Of a DNA stretch of 64,000 bases, positions 11,276 through 21,125 are shown one piece after another. Below the pieces are notes generated by a model. That model had not been told where the DNA came from and made no database searches. It saw only the letters and a list, made by a program, of their open reading frames with translations. This DNA comes from Myxococcota bacterium. GTDB lineage: Bacteria; Myxococcota_A; Polyangia; Nannocystales; Nannocystaceae. How positions within the stretch are numbered: position 1 is the first letter of the stretch; each line of letters begins with the position of its first letter. The position numbers were made by a program, and so were the translations under genes. Location of the stretch: contig JBCCHT010000001.1 of assembly GCA_039028615.1 (NCBI GenBank), positions 608,001 to 672,000 of the forward strand, given 5' to 3'.

Positions 11276-12184
11276 CTACGGAAGCACGCAGACGCCGACG
11301 TTCTCGAACCCCGGCGGGGCCGCGTCGACCGTGCCGAAGAACGAGATGCACTCGTCTGGGTCCGCGCACTGCGGGTCGCTCAGGTCGCAGTACGGCGTGC
11401 AGCAGTTGACGTCCATGCAGCCCGCGCTGTTGGGGCCGCACCACTGACCGGGATCGCACGAGTTCTCGCCGTGCTCCGGCGGACACGGGTCCCCGTCGAC
11501 CCCCGCGGCCCCAGACGCATCGCTGAAGCAGATGAAGGTCTGGTTGGGGGTGTCGATGCAGGACTGTCCGGCGGGGCAGTCTTGCAGCAAGGGATCACAG
11601 CCCGGCAGACACAGGGGCAGCACGCCATCGTTGTAGACGGCACAGGCGTCCCCGGAGGCGCACTCGAGGTCTTCACCCGAGCAGAAGGCCGTGCACACCC
11701 CGATGTTCTTCTCGTTGGTGTTCAGGCAGATGTGGGCGTGGTCGCAGTCGTCGATACCGCTGACGCCGTTGCCCTCGACCGTGCACGAGTCGCCCGCCAG
11801 CCCGGTGCCGATCACCTCGACGCAGCGGTTGGCGTTCCAGAAGGTGCCGCCATCGTTGGCCCAGCCCGTGCATTTTTCGCCCTTGGGGCAGTCCTGCAGC
11901 GTGGGGTCACACTCGTTGGCGCCACCGCCATCGGGGGTCATGACGAAGCTGCCCTCGTCCGAGCCCTCCCCGGTGTCTACCGGGCCCTCGTCGGCAACGC
12001 CCGTCTCCGCCTCGTTACTACTGGTCGCTCCCGGATTCCCGGACGGGGGGACCAACGTCGTGCCATCACCGCCGCCGCCGGTACTCGCTGCTGCCGTCGT
12101 CGTGGCTTCGTCCGCCGGCGTCCCGCATGCGGCGAGCAGCCCGGCCAACCCCAAAACCCAAGCGCGTTCATGCCATGCCCTCAT
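11276..12184 (-). CDS. Cys-rich lipoprotein (Nannocystaceae-type repeat family)
   Basis: Lipobox LAAC; S/T/G tether; two CDPxLQDCP repeats; WANDGG..WNA motif. Confidence 0.75.
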   Translation of the reverse strand: MRAWHERAWVLGLAGLLAACGTPADEATTTAAASTGGGGDGTTLVPPSGNPGATSSNEAETGVADEGPVDTGEGSDEGSFVMTPDGGGANECDPTLQDCPKGEKCTGWANDGGTFWNANRCVEVIGTGLAGDSCTVEGNGVSGIDDCDHAHICLNTNEKNIGVCTAFCSGEDLECASGDACAVYNDGVLPLCLPGCDPLLQDCPAGQSCIDTPNQTFICFSDASGAAGVDGDPCPPEHGENSCDPGQWCGPNSAGCMDVNCCTPYCDLSDPQCADPDECISFFGTVDAAPPGFENVGVCVLP

Positions 12185-12270
12185 GGCGTCCACTGTCCAA
12201 CACCTGGGGCTGGAGGCCAATTCCCTTTTCGCGCCGACAGGACCTGGCGCGAAGGGCGAGCGCGGGCGCT

Positions 12271-13956
12271 ATGCTCTGCACCGTGCCGCGAGCCCCCGCA
12301 TCGGTCCCCGTCCCCACGGGACCGGCTTGGCCCGAGATTCGGGGGCGCCCCATCGACGATGATCGCGGCCTGCAGCGCGTGGTCGACTCGCTCCGCCAAC
12401 TGGCGCCCAAGGCCATTGGGCTGTGGATTGGGCCCGATCCCACCGCGGGTCGTCACGCCGCCGACGACTGGCGATCGGGCAGTCCCGGCTTGCTGGGCTT
12501 GGCCGCGATGCGTAGCGAGCCCGACACTTTCGACAGCTGGGTCCTCGATCCCAAGCGAGACCTCGATGCGCGGATCCTGCTGTCGTGGCTGGCGGAAGAC
12601 ACCGCGCCATATGTGGTGACGCACGGCGCTCAGATCACCGTGCATCGCCTGAAGGACTGGGCCGGCGACTCCGGTGCCCCCATGCCCGCGCGCGTCGGCT
12701 GCACGCAGATCGCCGCGGTACTGCTCGCCGAAGGAGCGCGTCGTCGACCGACCGCGCTCGGTGAATGCGTCAGCCGAGGCCTCGACCGCCCCTGGCCCTT
12801 CGAGGAGCCCAGCTTGCCGCTGGCGGGGCCCGACCAGTCGCTCGTGGCCACGACCTCGGCCGCGGTCCTCGTGCCGCTCATGCGGGCCCTGACGCCCATG
12901 TTGCGCCGTCGCGATCTGGCCCGGGTCTACGACCTCGAGTGTCACCTCGTGCCCGCCGTGGTCGACATGGAGCGGGCGGGCATCGGAGTGGACGCCGAGG
13001 CCTTCCAGCGCATCGCGGACTCGTGGGCGGCGGAGCAGCCCACCGCCACCGATCCCGATCGTCAGGCCCGGCTCGCCAAGCTGCTGTCGACCTACGCCCG
13101 CTGGCCTCGCGACTACATGAACGAGGGCCGGATCCACTGCCGGCTGCACCCGCTCACCACCGACTCGGGGCGCTTTTCGTGCACCGAGCCCAACCTCCAG
13201 CAGGTCCCCGGCCCTCACGTGGCGCCCGGCGTTCGGGCGTGCTTCGGAGCCGCCCCGGGCATGGCGCTCATCATCGCCGACTATTCACAAATCGAGCTAC
13301 GGGTCGCGGCTCACCTCGCGCCGTGTGACGCGATGCGGGCCGTGTTCCGCGAGGGGCGAGACCCCCACCGCGCCACCGCGGCCACCTTGGCGGGCAAGCC
13401 CGAGCCCGAGGTGACCTCCCGCGAGCGCCAGCTGGCCAAGGCGGTCAACTTCGGGTTCCTGTTCGGCATGGGGGCGCCGCGCTTTCGCAGCTACGCGCAC
13501 AGCAGCTACGGCCTCGAGCTCGACATGAACGAGGCCCGGCGCGCTCGCGAAGCATTCCTGCGCACCTTCCCCGGCATTGCGCGGTGGCACGACAAAGTCG
13601 GTCGGCTCGGTCGGGACTCCAGCAAATCGGTCACCGTTCGCACCGTGCTCGGCCGACGCAAGCGCTTCGAGGCGGGCAAGGTCTCGTTCAACGCCGCGCT
13701 CAACATCCCCGTCCAGGGCACGGCCGCCGAGGGCTTCAAGCTCGCGATGACCCGGCTGCCTCCGCGACTGGCGGACATCGGCGGGCGCGGAGTCTTGTGC
13801 GTGCACGACGAATACCTGGCCGAAGTCCCGCTCGCCGCAGCCGAGGACGGGCGACGCATCGTGGAGGAAACCATGCGCGAGGCGATGCAGGAGATCGTCA
13901 CCAGCGTCCCCATCGAGGTCGAGGCCCACATCGCTCGAACCTGGGCCGACAAGTAG
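12271..13956 (+). CDS. Short family A DNA polymerase (no 5'-3' nuclease, degenerate 3'-5' exonuclease, truncated thumb)
   Basis: SGRFSCTEPNLQQVP; motif A ADYSQIELR; motif B RQLAKAVNFGFLFG; NIPVQGTAA; motif C VHDE; start uncertain (12271 or 12283). Confidence 0.9.
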   Translation: MLCTVPRAPASVPVPTGPAWPEIRGRPIDDDRGLQRVVDSLRQLAPKAIGLWIGPDPTAGRHAADDWRSGSPGLLGLAAMRSEPDTFDSWVLDPKRDLDARILLSWLAEDTAPYVVTHGAQITVHRLKDWAGDSGAPMPARVGCTQIAAVLLAEGARRRPTALGECVSRGLDRPWPFEEPSLPLAGPDQSLVATTSAAVLVPLMRALTPMLRRRDLARVYDLECHLVPAVVDMERAGIGVDAEAFQRIADSWAAEQPTATDPDRQARLAKLLSTYARWPRDYMNEGRIHCRLHPLTTDSGRFSCTEPNLQQVPGPHVAPGVRACFGAAPGMALIIADYSQIELRVAAHLAPCDAMRAVFREGRDPHRATAATLAGKPEPEVTSRERQLAKAVNFGFLFGMGAPRFRSYAHSSYGLELDMNEARRAREAFLRTFPGIARWHDKVGRLGRDSSKSVTVRTVLGRRKRFEAGKVSFNAALNIPVQGTAAEGFKLAMTRLPPRLADIGGRGVLCVHDEYLAEVPLAAAEDGRRIVEETMREAMQEIVTSVPIEVEAHIARTWADK

Positions 13957-14152
13957 TGGCGCTCACGCCGTTTTCACGTTTGGCGCAGAACTTTGAACAA
14001 GCCATGAACAACTCCAATGCGTTGTTCGAGCTGCAATTTCGGCATTTATTGACCAATTGATTGCAGCCTGGAGAACCTGTGCAAAGGGTTTGTCGACTTC
14101 AGGAATCGCGGACCGGGCTCCCCTCCGGCGCACTCCACGAGGACTACGAACC

Positions 14153-15040
14153 ATGCATCTGAAAAGCATCCCCTGCATTGCCCTGGCTCTCCCTCTCGCC
14201 CTCGCCACCGCCTGCGGTGACGACAGCTCGACCACCGACACCGGCAACGACGGCGGCTCGACGACGACCGATACCCCGGGCACCACGACGACGGACGACC
14301 CGGGCACTACGACCACCGACGATCCGCCGGGCACGACGACCACCGACGATCCCACGACCACCGACGATCCGGACTCTTCCTCCGGTGAGCCCCCGGCCGA
14401 CGCCGAGGTCCGCGTCCTGCACCTGGGCGTCAACGCACCCGGCGTAGACATCTTCGCCAACGGCACCGGGCCCGTGTTCGAGAACCTCGAGTTCCGCAAC
14501 AGCACCGACTACGCTCCCGTGCCCGCGGGCGACTACACCTTCGAGGTCTCCGTCACTGGGACGCCGGTCGAGGACGCCGTGCTCGCGCCCGAGCTCACCC
14601 TCGAAGCGGACACGGCCTACACCGCGGTGGCCATCGGCGACCTGAACGAGACCGAGGGTGCGCCGGGCCTGCAGGCCATCGCGCTGGTCGATGACGACGC
14701 CGATCTCGACGCCGCCGACGTGCGCATCACCGTCGTGCACGCCGCCCCGGCCGTCGGTCAGGTCGACATCTGGGAAATCTCGGGCGACCCGATCCCGCTG
14801 ATCGAGGACGTGGACTTCGCCGCGAGCGCGACCCTGGACGACATCCCCGCCGGCCCGCTGGAGATCGGCGTGGACGTCAACGACGACGCCATGCCCGACC
14901 TCACCTTCAGCGTCGACGCGTCCCCGCTGGGCGGCACTCAGCTCAACGTCTTCGCCAACAACGACGAAAACGGCGACGTGGCGCTGGTGATTCAGCTGCC
15001 GGACGGCACCGTGTTGGCCGTCGATCCGAACCCGAGCTGA
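14153..15040 (+). CDS. DUF4397-domain lipoprotein
   Basis: Lipobox ATAC; VRVLHL..APGVDI, Y..VPAGDY and VVHAAP..GQVDI motifs. Confidence 0.85.
   Translation: MHLKSIPCIALALPLALATACGDDSSTTDTGNDGGSTTTDTPGTTTTDDPGTTTTDDPPGTTTTDDPTTTDDPDSSSGEPPADAEVRVLHLGVNAPGVDIFANGTGPVFENLEFRNSTDYAPVPAGDYTFEVSVTGTPVEDAVLAPELTLEADTAYTAVAIGDLNETEGAPGLQAIALVDDDADLDAADVRITVVHAAPAVGQVDIWEISGDPIPLIEDVDFAASATLDDIPAGPLEIGVDVNDDAMPDLTFSVDASPLGGTQLNVFANNDENGDVALVIQLPDGTVLAVDPNPS
14258..14372 (+). repeat. Imperfect tandem repeats encoding a TTTDDPG tether
   Basis: About five TTTD(D)P(G) units in the DUF4397 gene linker; boundaries approximate. Confidence 0.7.
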
Positions 15041-15113
15041 CCACTCGGACTCGTCCCTCATCCCACTGCGCCGAGCATGACCCTCTCCTCCCCGGGGTCG
15101 TGCTCGGCGCTGC

Positions 15114-16916
15114 CTATTTCGGGGCCGAAGGCACGGAGGCCACGCCGGGGATGGCCGCCACACCACCAACGGGCGGCAACAAGAAGGGCACGAAGCGACC
15201 CTGCTTCCACACCATCCAGCGCAGCGACGGATCATCCAGTGGAGCTTCGAAGCGCACTCGAACCGAGGTCGGGCGCCCGTGAGCGACGCCCAGAATCTCC
15301 ACGGACCACGTGCTCAGCTCCACCCGGTCCCCGACTCGCAGCGGATGGGCCGGCCCGCGCACCATCGTGGTGAAGGGATCGCCGAAGTAGCCCCCGACCG
15401 GCTGCAGCACCAGCGACTGCGCATCGGGCCGCTGCACGATCACGGGACCAAAGGTCGACCCCAGCGTACGTACGCGACGAGGCAAGCTGCGCCCGTCGTC
15501 GGCGGGGAGAAACCACATCGACGAGGGCACGAAGGTCGGCGGTGCATTGACGAGCACCAGGTCCTGCTGGGCCAGCGCCTCGTCGACCGGCATGCCCTCG
15601 GCGCTGCGTCCCTCGTGGGCATCGATCTCGGCCCCGCGCTCGAGGATCGTGTGCGGCAGGGTCCAGGCGGCCAGACCGAGGTGCACCACGACGACCGGCC
15701 CCGCCAAGACGCTGGCCAACGCCCGGCCCGACCAGCGCAGCTCGGAGTCGACGGCCACCGCCACCACTCCGGCCAGGGCCGCGCTGCTCCCCAGGCCGAC
15801 CAGAAGCAACAACCGGTCGCTCACCGCCGCCGTCGCGGTGGGGAGCAGTGCCGCCGCCGCGCCCAACAGGCACGCCGCCAGCCCCCGATCGCGACGCAGC
15901 CGGGGGCTCAGGGCGAGCACGAGCAACACCACCGCCAGCCCGGCGCCTCGCCGCGCCGAGGTCCACGGCAACGGTAGCGCCGCCCAGGTCTCGGCACTCG
16001 GCCACGCCAGCGTCGCCAGGCACGACGCCGCGAGACGATCGGGCAGCAACGAGACGAAGGTCCCCCACTCGCGCACCGGGTCGACATAGACGCCGGAACC
16101 GTAGGCCCCGTAGCCGAGGCCCTCGTAGGCCAGGCGCCACGCGACGACCACCGACACCAAGGGCCACAGGGCGACCAGGGCTCGACGGACCCGCACGCCC
16201 CGAGAGTCGTCCCCCCCCGCCAGCGAAGGCTCGACGAGCAACGCGTAGGCGCCCAGGTAGCCGAGGGCAGCGATGGCCGACTCGCCCGATGCCAGCGCCA
16301 ACGCCAGCGTCAGCGGCCCCCAGTAGCGCCCCGGTCTCCAGCCGTCGCGCCGCGCCCGGTCGTGCGCCAGCAAAGCGAGCACCACGAACACCGCGCTCAT
16401 CAGCGCGTTGCGTTGGGCGATCCAGCCGACGGTGATCGCATGCGCATCATCGACGGCAAACAGCAGGGTCGCGAGGCCGGCGACCCAACCGCCGCCGAGC
16501 CACCGATGCAGCAATCGACCCACCGCGAAGACCAGTGCCCCGTACCAGGCCAGGTTCTGAGCGTGCATCCACCATGCGGCCTCCGGCCAGACCGCGTAGT
16601 CCAGCCAGTGAGTCGCGGCCGCCAGCGGGCGAAGAAACCGCAGGCGCAGCTCGGGCACCGTCCACCACGGCGAGGCCCCGATCTCCATCGCCGCCCGGTT
16701 GTGGTCCGCGTCGCCCGATGTGATCGCGAACAGATCCCACCATGGTCCACGCGCATGACCATGCAGGCCCGCCTCGACCCACGCCCGGTGCAGGTGGTCG
16801 TCGAGCTCGAGCCCCTGCGTCAGCGCAGGGGTCATGAGCATCACGCCGATCGCAGCGGCGAGCCACGAAAAACGCGGGTCGGCGAGCACCGCAGCGACGC
16901 GTCGCAGCCATGGCAT
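15114..16916 (-). CDS. Polytopic membrane protein, GT-C-like (TMTC-like N-terminal region)
   Basis: ELDD after TM1, FLRPL, H...VGWIAQRN, SGES and DRLL motifs; many TM segments. Confidence 0.6.
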   Translation of the reverse strand: MPWLRRVAAVLADPRFSWLAAAIGVMLMTPALTQGLELDDHLHRAWVEAGLHGHARGPWWDLFAITSGDADHNRAAMEIGASPWWTVPELRLRFLRPLAAATHWLDYAVWPEAAWWMHAQNLAWYGALVFAVGRLLHRWLGGGWVAGLATLLFAVDDAHAITVGWIAQRNALMSAVFVVLALLAHDRARRDGWRPGRYWGPLTLALALASGESAIAALGYLGAYALLVEPSLAGGDDSRGVRVRRALVALWPLVSVVVAWRLAYEGLGYGAYGSGVYVDPVREWGTFVSLLPDRLAASCLATLAWPSAETWAALPLPWTSARRGAGLAVVLLVLALSPRLRRDRGLAACLLGAAAALLPTATAAVSDRLLLLVGLGSSAALAGVVAVAVDSELRWSGRALASVLAGPVVVVHLGLAAWTLPHTILERGAEIDAHEGRSAEGMPVDEALAQQDLVLVNAPPTFVPSSMWFLPADDGRSLPRRVRTLGSTFGPVIVQRPDAQSLVLQPVGGYFGDPFTTMVRGPAHPLRVGDRVELSTWSVEILGVAHGRPTSVRVRFEAPLDDPSLRWMVWKQGRFVPFLLPPVGGVAAIPGVASVPSAPK

Positions 16917-17001
16917 GCGTCCGCGAGTCTACTCGCCCGCGCTCGAATTACGCGATATGCCGCGCAGGCGGCCTTCCTTGGCCCCTGCGCCGTAGACCCG
17001 A

Positions 17002-17403
17002 CTAATCGAGTTGGGGAATGATCCCGTGGGTTTGCGAGCGCTCGATCTCATCGAGCAACGCCGCCTGGATGAGGTCCTCCGTGCGGTCCGACTGATGGAC
17101 GAACTCGATCCCCACGTACTGTGCTCCGCCGTCGTGGATGCCCTTGCGCGCGACTCGAGCCAGGACTCGAATGCGAGGGTGCTCGGGAATCTGTAGATCG
17201 ACTTCGACGACGGCGTCGATCGGGAGCGATGGACCTTCGGTCAGCAGCGCGCCGCAAACCGACAGGTTCCGTACGGTGTAAAACTGGTACCCCGCGGAGG
17301 TGCGCAATGTGGCTCGCACTTCGCTCAGCGTTCGCGGGAAACGGCGTCGCTCTTGCGCGCTGATTGCTGGTAACTCTTGCTCGACTACGTTTTGAATCTC
17401 CAT
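17002..17403 (-). CDS. Stand-alone PilZ-domain protein
   Basis: RRRFPR (RxxxR), NLSVCG (NxSxxG) and GIEF motifs. Confidence 0.88.
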   Translation of the reverse strand: MEIQNVVEQELPAISAQERRRFPRTLSEVRATLRTSAGYQFYTVRNLSVCGALLTEGPSLPIDAVVEVDLQIPEHPRIRVLARVARKGIHDGGAQYVGIEFVHQSDRTEDLIQAALLDEIERSQTHGIIPQLD

Positions 17404-17995
17404 TGCTTCATGCCCTTCGTCACACTTTCGAGACGAACAGGGGCCGCAATACGTCGCAAGTACGCGCCACCCACCAAAACCCGGGGGCGCCTACGGGCAT
17501 GACAATCAATCCAAAGTAACGATGCGACGAATCGCTCCGACCACCGGCTCGATCCGGTTTCCAGTGTACGGCAAACACCGGGCTTGAGAACCGCTTTTTT
17601 CGAAGAAATCGGTTCACGTGTATCGGTCGAACGGCGACTCGACTCATCAAAAAGACACGCGTAGAGCGGGTGCCGCAGCGCACTCGGTCATCATGCTTGT
17701 GACACCGAGGCGCGACCGCCGAGCTGTCATGGTCGATCGAGCGGGACCACATTGGTCCCTCCCACTCGCACTATCATTCATTGCTCCGATCGAGAGCATG
17801 TGATGCACGGTCGGTGGCTCGATGCCCGAGACGCCCGAGGCCGCATGAACCGACCCGGGCCCTTGGCTACCGGGGCGGATCGAGTGCTTCCGCATCGCCG
17901 CACACTCGTCGCTCACCGCAGCCAGTGGCGTTCGCAGGCGGGTCGATCCTGACCGCGCAGACGGGCGTGTGTCGTTGCCCTACTCTGAAATCACG

Positions 17996-19309
17996 ATGGC
18001 TGGCTCGACGAAGCTGCGCAACCCGACTCGCTGGGTCCTCACCGCCTACATCGCCGAAGGCGTTCCCTTCGCCATGGTGATCTGGGTGGCGGGCACCCTG
18101 TTCAAGGACTTGGGGCACTCGGACAGCGAGATCACGATCGCGACGGCCAGCGTCGGAATCGCGTGGTCGCTCAAGCCGCTATGGGCGGCCTTCCTCGACA
18201 TGTTCCGCACGAAGAAGTTCTTCGTGCTGGCCATGGAGGTGCTGATGGCCGCGACCCTGGTCGGCATCGCGTTCGCCCTGCCCATGGCGAACTACTTCCA
18301 GATCATCATCGCGCTCCTATGGGTGCTGGCCTTTGCGTCGGCCACCCAAGACATCTGCGTCGACGGCATCTACATCACCGCGCTCGACAAGGACAAGCAG
18401 GCCGCGTTCATCGGCGTGCAGGGCATGGCGTGGAACCTGGGGCGGGTCTTCGCGACCGCGCTCATCGTGGGCATCGCCGGCTACCTGCAGAGCAACGGCG
18501 GACAGGACGTCCAGACCGCGTGGACCTGGGCCATCTTGGCCTGCGCGGCCACCATGGCCGCCATGGCGACGTATCACTGGCTCGTGCTGCCCACGGGCTC
18601 GGTGGCGCGTCGCCCCGACGACGCCAAGGAGGTCGTGTTCACGTTCGGCCGAACCATCCTCGCCTTCTTCCAGAAGAAGTCGATCGTCGGGATGCTGGTC
18701 TTCGTGTTCTTGTTCCGCAGCGCCGAGGGCTTGCTGCTGGTCGAGGCCCCGCTGTTCTTGCAGGCACCCATCTCCGAGGGCGGCATCGGACTATCGCTGC
18801 TCGACAAGGGCATCATCGACGGCGGCATCTCGACCGGGGTCACCATCATCGGCGGCCTGCTGGGCGGGGTGTTCGTCTCCCGCTACGGGCTGCCGCGCAC
18901 GCTGTTCTTCCTCGCGCTGTGCATCAACATTCCCAACCTGACTTACGTGTACCTGAGTCAGGTCGCGGAGCCCGGCGTGCAGGTCTCGTTCACCACCGTC
19001 GCGGTGATGGCTGCCATCGAGAAGTTCGGCTACAGCTTCGGCTTCGTGGGCAACATGCTGTACATGATGCAGCAGATCGCGCCGGGCAAATACACGATGA
19101 CCCACTACGCGTTCGCGACGGCGCTGATGAACCTGGTGCTCGTGCCCACCCAGATGGCCAGCGGCCCGCTCGCGGACTGGCTGGGCTACCGGCACTTTTT
19201 CATCTTCGTGATGGTCGCCACCATCCCGTCGCTCATCGCCGCCTGGTTTGCGCCCTTCCCCAACCCGCAGAGCAGCGACGAGGCCGACGCCGAGCCGCCC
19301 CCCGACTGA
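17996..19309 (+). CDS. MFS transporter, AmpG-like
   Basis: YIAEGVPF, WSLKPLW, ASATQDI.VDG and THYA..TALM motifs; about 12 TM helices. Confidence 0.88.
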   Translation: MAGSTKLRNPTRWVLTAYIAEGVPFAMVIWVAGTLFKDLGHSDSEITIATASVGIAWSLKPLWAAFLDMFRTKKFFVLAMEVLMAATLVGIAFALPMANYFQIIIALLWVLAFASATQDICVDGIYITALDKDKQAAFIGVQGMAWNLGRVFATALIVGIAGYLQSNGGQDVQTAWTWAILACAATMAAMATYHWLVLPTGSVARRPDDAKEVVFTFGRTILAFFQKKSIVGMLVFVFLFRSAEGLLLVEAPLFLQAPISEGGIGLSLLDKGIIDGGISTGVTIIGGLLGGVFVSRYGLPRTLFFLALCINIPNLTYVYLSQVAEPGVQVSFTTVAVMAAIEKFGYSFGFVGNMLYMMQQIAPGKYTMTHYAFATALMNLVLVPTQMASGPLADWLGYRHFFIFVMVATIPSLIAAWFAPFPNPQSSDEADAEPPPD

Positions 19310-19358
19310 GCGGCTCAGACATGACCGCCGGTCTCGGGTTGAGCCGGCCACACCTCGG

Positions 19359-19386
19359 GGCTCGGAATCCATGCGGATTCCGGGCC
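19359..19386 (+). terminator. Hairpin after the MFS gene
   Basis: CGGAATCC-ATGC-GGATTCCG with extended GGC/GCC pairing. Confidence 0.5.
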
Positions 19387-19433
19387 CTGCTCGCGTTCGC
19401 GTCGGGAGCGCAAAAACCGACACCGAGCGTCGA

Positions 19434-19467
19434 AAAAGAATCATCAATTGCCCCGACATGTCGCCTC
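19434..19467 (+). promoter_or_regulatory. Candidate ECF promoter, copy 1
   Basis: AAAAGAA TCATC N17 GCCTC; its first 17 nt are identical to 29387-29403. Confidence 0.65.
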
Positions 19468-19535
19468 TATGGCTCCGGGGCGGCTCGCTGCCACCACTGG
19501 TTTTGGCTTTCGCGAGCCTCTGAAGGCACCACTGC

Positions 19536-20909
19536 ATGGAACTCGACCAACCCTCCCGCCCTCATCTTCGCGCCTTGGTAGCCGGGGCCGCCCTACTGTC
19601 GTGGGCCTCTGGCTGCACCGAATCGCCGGAGTTCGGGACGTTCGGCACTCAGGGCGACGGCGGCGTGTCCATCGGCGACACGACCCCCACCGGGACGGCG
19701 GCGACCGAGGCGGACGATGGCGAGGACGAGACCGGCGAGAAGCTGGACGCGGGCAGCAGCAACACGGGCCAGCCCCCCAACTGCGGTGAGGGCGGAGGCG
19801 GCATGGGCCTCCAAGAGGTCGAGTTCAGCAACATCTGGGTCGCCAACAGCCCCCAGGGCACCGTCTCCCGCATCGACACCCGCACGGGCGAAGAGATCGG
19901 CCGCTATGCGACCGGCCCCACCACGGGCTCCGACCCCTCGCGCACCACGGTGAACCTCGTCGGTGACATCGCGGCCCTCAACCGCGGCGACGGTGGCTCG
20001 GTCATCAAGATCGCGGCCGAGGAGGAGCGCTGCATCGACCGCAACGGCGACGGCACCATCCAGACCTCGACCGGCCCCGATAACGTCCTGCCCTGGGACG
20101 AGGACGAGTGCGTGGTGTGGAGCAAGACGCTGCACGCCGGGGCTCGAGCGGCCGCCTGGGACTCGGGCAACGACCCCGAGCAAGAAGATTGCGTGGGTGA
20201 GCCGAGCCTGTGGGTGAGCGCGCTCGATACCGGTTCCACCGTGCACGTCTGGCGCCTGGCCGGCGAGACCGGCGACGAAGAAGGCACCGCCACCATCTCC
20301 GGCTGGGACGGCTCGGCCGAGTGGGGTGGGCTCTACGGGGGCGCCGTGGACCAGGGGCGCAACTTCTGGGCCATCGGCAAGACCAACGCCGCCTTGTTCC
20401 GCGTCGACTTCGAGACGATGGACGTCCAGCGCTGGGATGCGCCGGGTGTCGATCGGCTCTACGGCATCGCGATGGACAAAGAGGGCAACCCCTACGTCAC
20501 CGCCGAGTTCAACAACCAGCTGCTGCGCTTCGACGTGGCCTCCGAGAGCTGGGAGACGCTCGCCACCGTCGACGGGATCCTCCGGGGTCTGGCCGTCGAC
20601 GGGGATGGCGATGCATGGATCGCGACCAACCAAACTTGTGGCATGGCTCGTTACCACCACAATGACGGAAGTGTCGACTTGATCAACCTACCGGAGTGCA
20701 ACATCCCGGTAGGAGTGAGTATCGACATCGACGGATTCGTATGGGTCGTCGACCAATGGGCGGGTGCGCCTCCCTTCGGTCGAGCCCACAAAGTCGATGC
20801 AGAAACCTATGGCATCGAGCTCACGGTCATGGGGCTCGACACACCCTATACCTATTCCGACATGACCGGTGCGGGGCTGAATTTGGTCTCCCACCCGCCT
20901 CAGGGCTAG
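19536..20909 (+). CDS. Beta-propeller (Vgb-like) lipoprotein with C-terminal YTYSDMTG motif
   Basis: Lipobox ASGC; IWVANS..GTVSRIDT, PSRTTV, D.NGDG.I.TS and PYTYSDMTG motifs. Confidence 0.8.
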   Translation: MELDQPSRPHLRALVAGAALLSWASGCTESPEFGTFGTQGDGGVSIGDTTPTGTAATEADDGEDETGEKLDAGSSNTGQPPNCGEGGGGMGLQEVEFSNIWVANSPQGTVSRIDTRTGEEIGRYATGPTTGSDPSRTTVNLVGDIAALNRGDGGSVIKIAAEEERCIDRNGDGTIQTSTGPDNVLPWDEDECVVWSKTLHAGARAAAWDSGNDPEQEDCVGEPSLWVSALDTGSTVHVWRLAGETGDEEGTATISGWDGSAEWGGLYGGAVDQGRNFWAIGKTNAALFRVDFETMDVQRWDAPGVDRLYGIAMDKEGNPYVTAEFNNQLLRFDVASESWETLATVDGILRGLAVDGDGDAWIATNQTCGMARYHHNDGSVDLINLPECNIPVGVSIDIDGFVWVVDQWAGAPPFGRAHKVDAETYGIELTVMGLDTPYTYSDMTGAGLNLVSHPPQG

Positions 20910-21125
20910 TTTTTCGTCAACGTCCACAAGTCCGCGCGCCTCGCCGGCACCACCTCGTGGGGTGGGCCGGACGAGGCGTCGTCTTTTGTGGCACTTCGCC
21001 GATCTCGCACGACCTCGGAAGGGACTATTCCGTTCCAAATCGAGTCCTGCAAAATTGGCCGATCTCATGACTCGATGTGACGATCATCGTTGTATTCCGC
21101 CCACACATCTGCATATGCTCCCACC

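Noticed and set aside
12271..13956. PolA as a prophage or mobile-element marker
   Set aside because: No integrase, helicase-primase, structural genes or att-like repeats nearby; codon style matches the host.
13994..14011. CarA/CarH-type operator (11-bp repeats containing TnnACA)
   Set aside because: Only two matching repeats, and no carotenoid or photoregulatory genes nearby.
17455..17469. TGGCGCGTACTTGCG upstream of the PilZ gene
   Set aside because: GG-to-GC spacing is one base short, and sigma-54 spacing is strict.
17404..17995. Long intergenic region with several short ORFs, possible sRNA or riboswitch
   Set aside because: No convincing RBS, codon bias or recognisable riboswitch core; its TCATC copies lack the downstream element. 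An Rfam/Infernal scan would be needed.
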